Shown: positions 59,363 through 64,000 of the stretch, one piece after another | Layout: the number at the start of each line of letters is the position of its first letter | How positions within the stretch are numbered: the first letter of the stretch is position 1 | Origin: Gammaproteobacteria bacterium | Lineage (GTDB): Bacteria; Pseudomonadota; Gammaproteobacteria; Ga0077536 | Direction: 5' to 3' | Assembly: GCA_963662545.2 (NCBI GenBank) | Contig: CAXXLL010000002.1 | Location: 1,824,001-1,888,000 of the forward strand | Length of the DNA: 64,000 nt | Position numbers and translations under genes: made by a program | The notes under the pieces: model-generated | Told to the model about the DNA's origin: nothing | The model's input: the letters and a program-made list of their open reading frames with translations, nothing else | The model's database searches: none

Positions 59363-60592
59363 TTGCTATATCAATTGTATGAATTAACCCATGCGGCGGT
59401 CGCTCCGTGGCGGACAGCGGCCCACCTTGGGCGCCTGATGCTCAATAACCCGGCAAACCCACTGTCTTACACCTATCCAGCAAAAGCGGCCTCGGCAACG
59501 CTCGAGGTTTTCGAGGGGTTGACGCGGCAATACGGCAAACCCGAATTCGGCATCGAAACCATTAACGTCAACGGCGCCCGCGTTGCCATCGACGAAGTCG
59601 AGGTGATGAAACGCCCCTTCTGCCGGCTTAAGCGATTCCGACGGGCCGACCTCCAACTGAAAAAACGCCCCGTACCGAAGCTCCTCATCGTCGCGCCGCT
59701 TTCCGGTCACTACGCTACGCTCTTGCACGGCACCGTGAAGGCGATGCTCGAGTATTGCGACGTCACCATCACGGACTGGACAGATGCACGTGAGGTGCCG
59801 CTGCACGAAGGCGCGTTCGACCTCGACGATTACATTGATTACGTGCTCGACTTCATGCGCCGTCTCGGACCCGATTTACACGTGCTCGCAGTCTGCCAAC
59901 CCGGACCCGCGGTGCTGGCAGCGACCGCGTTGCTGGCTGCGGACGACGACCCGATGCAACCGGCAACCGTCACCCTCATGGGCAGCCCGATCGACGCCCG
60001 CAAAAGTCCGACCCAGCCGAACGATCTGGCGGCCAGCAAGTCACTTTCCTGGTTCGAGCGCAACGTCATCATGCAGGTGCCGTTTCCCAATCCCGGCGTC
60101 ATGCGGCGCGTCTATCCGGGTTTCCTGCAGTTGACAGGCTTCATGACCATGAATCTGGACCGGCATCTGAGCGCACACCAGACCCTCTTCCAGAATCTGG
60201 TCGCCGGCGACGGTGATTCAGTCGCCGGACATCACAAGTTCTACGATGAATATCTGGCGGTCATGGATCTCCCCGCCGAATATTATCTCCAGACCCTGCA
60301 CGTCGTGTTTCAGGAATACCAGCTCGCGGAAGGCGCGATGACCCATCGTGGGCGCAAGGTCGACCTCGGACAGATCAAGCACACCGCATTAATGACGGTC
60401 GAAGGGGAGAACGACGACATTTCAGGCATCGGCCAAACCCAGGCGGCTCACGATCTCTGCATCAATATCCCCGATCACATGCGCGTCGATTACATCCAGC
60501 CGGATGTCGGCCACTATGGCGTGTTCAATGGCTCGCGGTGGCGCGCTGAGATCGCTCCGCGGATCCGGGATTTCATTTGCTCCTTCGCTTGA
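59363..60592 (+). CDS. phaZ: Intracellular polyhydroxyalkanoate depolymerase
   Basis: YGKPEFG, VAPLSGHYATLL, AVCQP (Cys nucleophile), RRVYPGFLQL, EGENDDISG.GQT, GHYGVF; TTG start after GAGGGA. Confidence 0.9.
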   Translation: MLYQLYELTHAAVAPWRTAAHLGRLMLNNPANPLSYTYPAKAASATLEVFEGLTRQYGKPEFGIETINVNGARVAIDEVEVMKRPFCRLKRFRRADLQLKKRPVPKLLIVAPLSGHYATLLHGTVKAMLEYCDVTITDWTDAREVPLHEGAFDLDDYIDYVLDFMRRLGPDLHVLAVCQPGPAVLAATALLAADDDPMQPATVTLMGSPIDARKSPTQPNDLAASKSLSWFERNVIMQVPFPNPGVMRRVYPGFLQLTGFMTMNLDRHLSAHQTLFQNLVAGDGDSVAGHHKFYDEYLAVMDLPAEYYLQTLHVVFQEYQLAEGAMTHRGRKVDLGQIKHTALMTVEGENDDISGIGQTQAAHDLCINIPDHMRVDYIQPDVGHYGVFNGSRWRAEIAPRIRDFICSFA

Positions 60593-60627
60593 GAAACAAC
60601 TTCCAGTGGATGCAAATGCTTCTCGTT

Positions 60628-60650
60628 AAAAAAACGTTTCCGCGGAAACG
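60628..60650 (-). terminator. Hairpin plus U7 tract, candidate minus-strand intrinsic terminator
   Basis: Minus strand CGTTTC-CGCG-GAAACG-TTTTTTT just downstream of the phaZ stop. Confidence 0.5.
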
Positions 60651-60725
60651 CGCGTAGCAACGAGCTCAGCCACCCGTTCTAAATCTTGCGTTTTACCGCG
60701 TCCAAGTCGAAACACAATACCCCTC

Positions 60726-60795
60726 CAGGCCATCCATACCGTCAATTCCTCCGTCGAGTTTGTGCGCGAATTCGTGCTGCATAACCTTGCCGCCG
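60726..60795 (-). repeat. Degenerate 70-bp direct-repeat copy of mtfA 62282-62351 (gene remnant)
   Basis: Ungapped hand alignment 57/70 identical; translates GGKVMQHEFAHKLDGGIDGMDGL vs GCNVVLHEFAHKLDEENDVMDGL. Confidence 0.85.
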
Positions 60796-60842
60796 AATGA
60801 AAGGACGTTGAAATCGCTCCCCAAACGGAGAATAAGCCGTGC

Positions 60843-60921
60843 ATTCTCCGCAATACGTGCGGAGATTCTGTTGCCTGTGCGGAAGATATCGACCATAATA
60901 TCCGCAGAATATGCGGAGAAT
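60843..60921. promoter_or_regulatory. Two TCCGCA-N5-TGCGGA palindromes upstream of the Fic gene
   Basis: TCCGCA-atacg-TGCGGA at 60847-60863 and TCCGCA-gaata-TGCGGA at 60901-60917, plus a TGCGGA half-site near 60878. Confidence 0.7.
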
Positions 60922-60926
60922 ATCTG

Positions 60927-62057
60927 ATGTATATCTGGGAAACCCAGGAATGGCCGGCTTTTACCTGGGATGAAAAGAGCGTATCCCGCCTGGTCGTGCA
61001 GGTCTCTCGGGAACAGGGCCGCCTGCTCGGAAAAATGGAAGCCCTGGGCTTCGAGCTGCGCAGCGAGGCCCAGCTCAGCACCCTGACACAGGACGTCGTC
61101 AAAACTAGCGAAATCGAAGGCGAGAAGCTCGATACCGCTCAGGTCAGGTCTTCGATCGCCAGGCGACTCGGCATGGATGTCGGCGGACTCGTCCCGGCGG
61201 ATCGCGATGTCGAAGGCGTGGTCGAGATGACGCTCGACGCCACGCGCAACTACGAGGAGCGTCTGACCGAAGCGCGACTGTTCGACTGGCACGCGGCACT
61301 ATTTCCGACCGGCCGAAGCGGCATGCGGAAAATCAATGTCGGAACCTGGCGAAAGGACAGCGACGGCCCGATGCAGGTTGTGTCCGGTGCTACGGGTCAG
61401 GAAAAGGTTCATTACGAGGCTCCGCCCGCTGCACGCGTACCGGATGAGATGACAGCGTTTCTAAACTGGATTGAGCAGCCGGGAGAAACCGAGCCGCTAC
61501 TCATCGCAGCGCTCGCGCATCTCTGGTTTGTGACCATACATCCGTTCGATGATGGCAACGGGCGCATTGCGCGCGCCATTGCCGATCTGGCGCTGTGCCG
61601 CTCTGAAAAAAGTGCACAGCGCTTTTACAGCATGTCGGCACAAATTAGCCGTGACCGTAACGATTATTACTCGACACTGGAATGGACTCAGAAAGCTACG
61701 CTCGATGTTACGGCTTGGCAGACATGGTTTCTGGAGTGTCTCCTACATGCGATCGACGGCGCTCAGGAAACCCTCGGCTCGATCCTAGGTAAAGCCCGCT
61801 TCTGGGAACGCTTCGCCAAAGAGCCCTTGAACGAGCGTCAAATCAAAGTGATGAACAGGCTACTGGACGGCTTCGAAGGCAAGCTCACGAGTTCGAAGTG
61901 GGCCAAGATCGCCAAATGCTCGCAAGACACGGCCCATCGCGACATCGTTGATCTCATCGACCGGGGTGCATTGAGAAAAGATCCCGGCGGCGGTCGCGCT
62001 ACCAGCTATTCCTTGGCGCCTCATCGTTTTCGCCAGCGGCCGGGGTCGACTTTGTAG
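60927..62057 (+). CDS. Fic family protein (DUF4172-type N-terminus, C-terminal HTH)
   Basis: YIW...WP.F.W, TSEIEGE, HPFDDGNGRIAR Fic motif, SSKWAKIAKCSQDTA.RDI.DL. Confidence 0.92.
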   Translation: MYIWETQEWPAFTWDEKSVSRLVVQVSREQGRLLGKMEALGFELRSEAQLSTLTQDVVKTSEIEGEKLDTAQVRSSIARRLGMDVGGLVPADRDVEGVVEMTLDATRNYEERLTEARLFDWHAALFPTGRSGMRKINVGTWRKDSDGPMQVVSGATGQEKVHYEAPPAARVPDEMTAFLNWIEQPGETEPLLIAALAHLWFVTIHPFDDGNGRIARAIADLALCRSEKSAQRFYSMSAQISRDRNDYYSTLEWTQKATLDVTAWQTWFLECLLHAIDGAQETLGSILGKARFWERFAKEPLNERQIKVMNRLLDGFEGKLTSSKWAKIAKCSQDTAHRDIVDLIDRGALRKDPGGGRATSYSLAPHRFRQRPGSTL

Positions 62058-62845
62058 AATTTGTTCAACTCTGCGTACAGCTTCGGGTGTTCATCTTCGA
62101 GTTCCACCGGCGTCTCGAAAAACGCTTCCGTCGCAACCGCGAAGAACTCGGACGGCGACGCCGCCCCGTATTCGTCGAGCACCTGGGGTACGCCGCGCTT
62201 GGCGTCCTCCTGGAGGAGGCTGTATTCCTTGCGCAAAACATCCGTCCAGCTCGCATAATGTGAATCGGAGTCGAGTACCGGCAGGCCATCCATCACGTCG
62301 TTTTCTTCGTCGAGCTTGTGGGCGAATTCGTGCAGCACGACATTGCAGCCGTCGCGATGCTCGGTTGCATCGCGCATGACGTCGCCCCATGACAGAATGA
62401 CCGGGCCGCGATGCCAGGATTCACCGAGTCTAGGCTGGAGATCACGGGTCTCCAACATTCCGTCTCTATGCGAGGTCGGTACGACGAACGTATCCGGGTA
62501 GACCAGCACCGTGGTGAAGCCGGGGAAATAGTCGGTTGCTCGGCTCAGCAGCAGCAGACAGGCATGCCCCGCGATGGTGACGCGGATCTCATCGGTGACG
62601 GTAAGCCCCTGGCAGCCCTCGAACACTTTCGCATCCAGGAACACGTTGATTTGGCCACGGAGCTCGCGGCGCAGATCGTCGGGCAAGATGCGATAAAGGC
62701 GTACGTTGCGTTCGAGTATGTGGAGCCATCCGTGCGGGAATGGCGCGGCAAAAAGCCTCTTGCGCCGCGCGGCCCGCCGCTCGCGTAGCAGCACCCATGC
62801 GCAGAGGACGCCTATGACCAAGGTCAAAAATATGAAAATTGGCAC
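62021..62845 (-). CDS. mtfA: MtfA/M90 family zinc-dependent peptidase
   Basis: F.GC.GL.VTDE, LVYPD.F, GESW..GPVILSW, NVVLHEFAHKLD, EFFAVATEAFFE. Confidence 0.88.
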   Translation of the reverse strand: MPIFIFLTLVIGVLCAWVLLRERRAARRKRLFAAPFPHGWLHILERNVRLYRILPDDLRRELRGQINVFLDAKVFEGCQGLTVTDEIRVTIAGHACLLLLSRATDYFPGFTTVLVYPDTFVVPTSHRDGMLETRDLQPRLGESWHRGPVILSWGDVMRDATEHRDGCNVVLHEFAHKLDEENDVMDGLPVLDSDSHYASWTDVLRKEYSLLQEDAKRGVPQVLDEYGAASPSEFFAVATEAFFETPVELEDEHPKLYAELNKFYKVDPGRWRKR

Positions 62846-62900
62846 GGACGGGCGGCCTTCGATTTCTTGATCGTTGTTCGCGCGCAAGCGCGAGAATTAT

Positions 62901-63647
62901 CTAATTTAAATACACGCCGCCATTAACGTGCAACGTTTGCCCGGTCATGAAGGATGCGTCGCCCGACAATAGAAACGACACCGTGCCCGCGATTTCGCGC
63001 GGCTCGCCGCGGCGTTTCATGGGGGTGGCTTGCTCCATTGCTTCGTATTCCTCTTCCGGAAGGACACCCTCCAGCCGTTCGTGCCAGATCAATCCTGGTG
63101 CTATGACGTTGCACGTAATTCCGTGGGCCGCGAGATCCAGCGCAATTGAATGCGTGTAACCGATGATCCCCGCCTTGGCAGCGGCGTAGGGTGATTGTCC
63201 GGGGCCCGGCGTAAACGCGTACAGTGAAGCGAAGTTGACGATACGGCCGAAGCCCGCTTTGACCATTGGTTCGCTGAACGTTCGCGTGCAGTAAAACGTG
63301 CCGTGCAGGTTGACCTTGAGCACGATATCGAAGGTTTTGGGGTTGATGCTCCAGGGCGGTGCCGCCGAGGCGACGCCGGCGTTGTTGACGAGTCGGTCCA
63401 CGTGGATGTCTTGCGCGCGCAACTCGTCGCGCAGCGATTCGATTTCTTCAAGCTTCGTCACGTCGAGCGACCGCATCAGGATGTGCTGGCGCAGCGGATC
63501 TTTGAATCCTTCCAGCCACGCGTCCCCGTCCTCGATGCGCCTGTCGGTGGCGATGACTTGTTGTCCGTCCTCTATCAGACGCCGGACGATCGCCGTGCCG
63601 AGTCCGCCGAAGGCACCCGTGACCAGCGTATAAACCGATAAGCTCAT
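62901..63647 (-). CDS. SDR family oxidoreductase (3-oxoacyl-ACP reductase-like)
   Basis: TGAFGGLG, LVNNAG, GRIVN, YAAAK, NVIAPG, TGQTLHVNGG. Confidence 0.9.
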   Translation of the reverse strand: MSLSVYTLVTGAFGGLGTAIVRRLIEDGQQVIATDRRIEDGDAWLEGFKDPLRQHILMRSLDVTKLEEIESLRDELRAQDIHVDRLVNNAGVASAAPPWSINPKTFDIVLKVNLHGTFYCTRTFSEPMVKAGFGRIVNFASLYAFTPGPGQSPYAAAKAGIIGYTHSIALDLAAHGITCNVIAPGLIWHERLEGVLPEEEYEAMEQATPMKRRGEPREIAGTVSFLLSGDASFMTGQTLHVNGGVYLN

Positions 63648-63790
63648 GTCAACTTTTCCCGGTAATCGATGCGACTTGCGATATTAGCGTATTCATGCGG
63701 CCGGAAAGCATCGCCGGAGGTATCGACGGCCGCGAACGTGGGAGCTAAGCTGTAAGTTGCTTACAATAACGCCCCAAGGAGGAACCCATC

Positions 63791-64000
63791 ATGGCCTACG
63801 ACGCTTTAGTCGAACGAAAACTCGATGTACCCCGTTCCAAAGTCTTTGCGGCCTTCTATGATTTTGGCGGTATCGACAAACTCCTGCCCGACATGTTCGG
63901 CTCGTGCGACTGTATCGGCGAGGGCGTGGGCGCCCTGCGGACGCTTAAGTTTGCCGACGGCAGCGGTACGGTCGTCGAACGCATGGAAATTGCCCACGAG
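63791..64000 (+). CDS. SRPBCC/polyketide-cyclase family protein, 5' fragment (runs off window end)
   Basis: MAYDALVERKLDVPRSKVFAAFYDFGGIDKLLP...GEGVGALRTLKFADGSGTVVER; AAGGAGG RBS; not in ORF track. Confidence 0.75.
   Translation, partial: MAYDALVERKLDVPRSKVFAAFYDFGGIDKLLPDMFGSCDCIGEGVGALRTLKFADGSGTVVERMEIAHE

Noticed and set aside
60693-61292. 199-aa minus-strand ORF as a real peptidase or Fic antitoxin
   Set aside because: Mostly antisense to fic; only the last ~30 codons carry the mtfA-like remnant, which is reported as a repeat
62901-63647. SDR as PhaB because phaZ is nearby
   Set aside because: Only generic SDR motifs; no phaA/phaC adjacent, so no gene symbol assigned
1-64000. rRNA, tRNA, prophage, transposase/integrase or defence-system genes
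   Set aside because: No supporting motifs seen; small structured RNAs could be missed without covariance-model searches

Overview
GC-rich, gene-dense bacterial chromosomal window, most consistent with a free-living gammaproteobacterium (flagellin-flaG-fliD-fliS block, PhaZ, MtfA, DUF1329/MMPL genes; taxon is inference). It is dominated by small-molecule catabolism/redox genes: 3 intact and 1 internally deleted luciferase-like monooxygenases, 3 GSTs, 3 SDRs, hydantoinase/oxoprolinase AB, a Rieske oxygenase, acyl-CoA enzymes and two fold-IV aminotransferases. No rRNA, tRNA, CRISPR array, transposase or integrase was seen. Most notable: (1) a PEP-CTERM-like surface protein, split by a perfect 38-bp tandem duplication, directly upstream of an alkaline-phosphatase-superfamily/TPR/sulfotransferase fusion, a candidate surface-protein modification system; (2) a frameshifted STT3/AglB-like oligosaccharyltransferase homologue with a non-canonical WWDYG motif; (3) a Rieske oxygenase followed by an NTF2/SnoaL-double-CDGSH fusion; (4) a ~213-bp MITE with 27-bp terminal inverted repeats that supplies the stop codon of a CoA-transferase and carries GGA hairpins; (5) a Fic gene with twin palindromic operators, bracketed by a decayed copy of part of mtfA, probably an old integration scar. 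All family calls come from motif recognition by eye, not database searches; start codons were often re-chosen from the ORF track.
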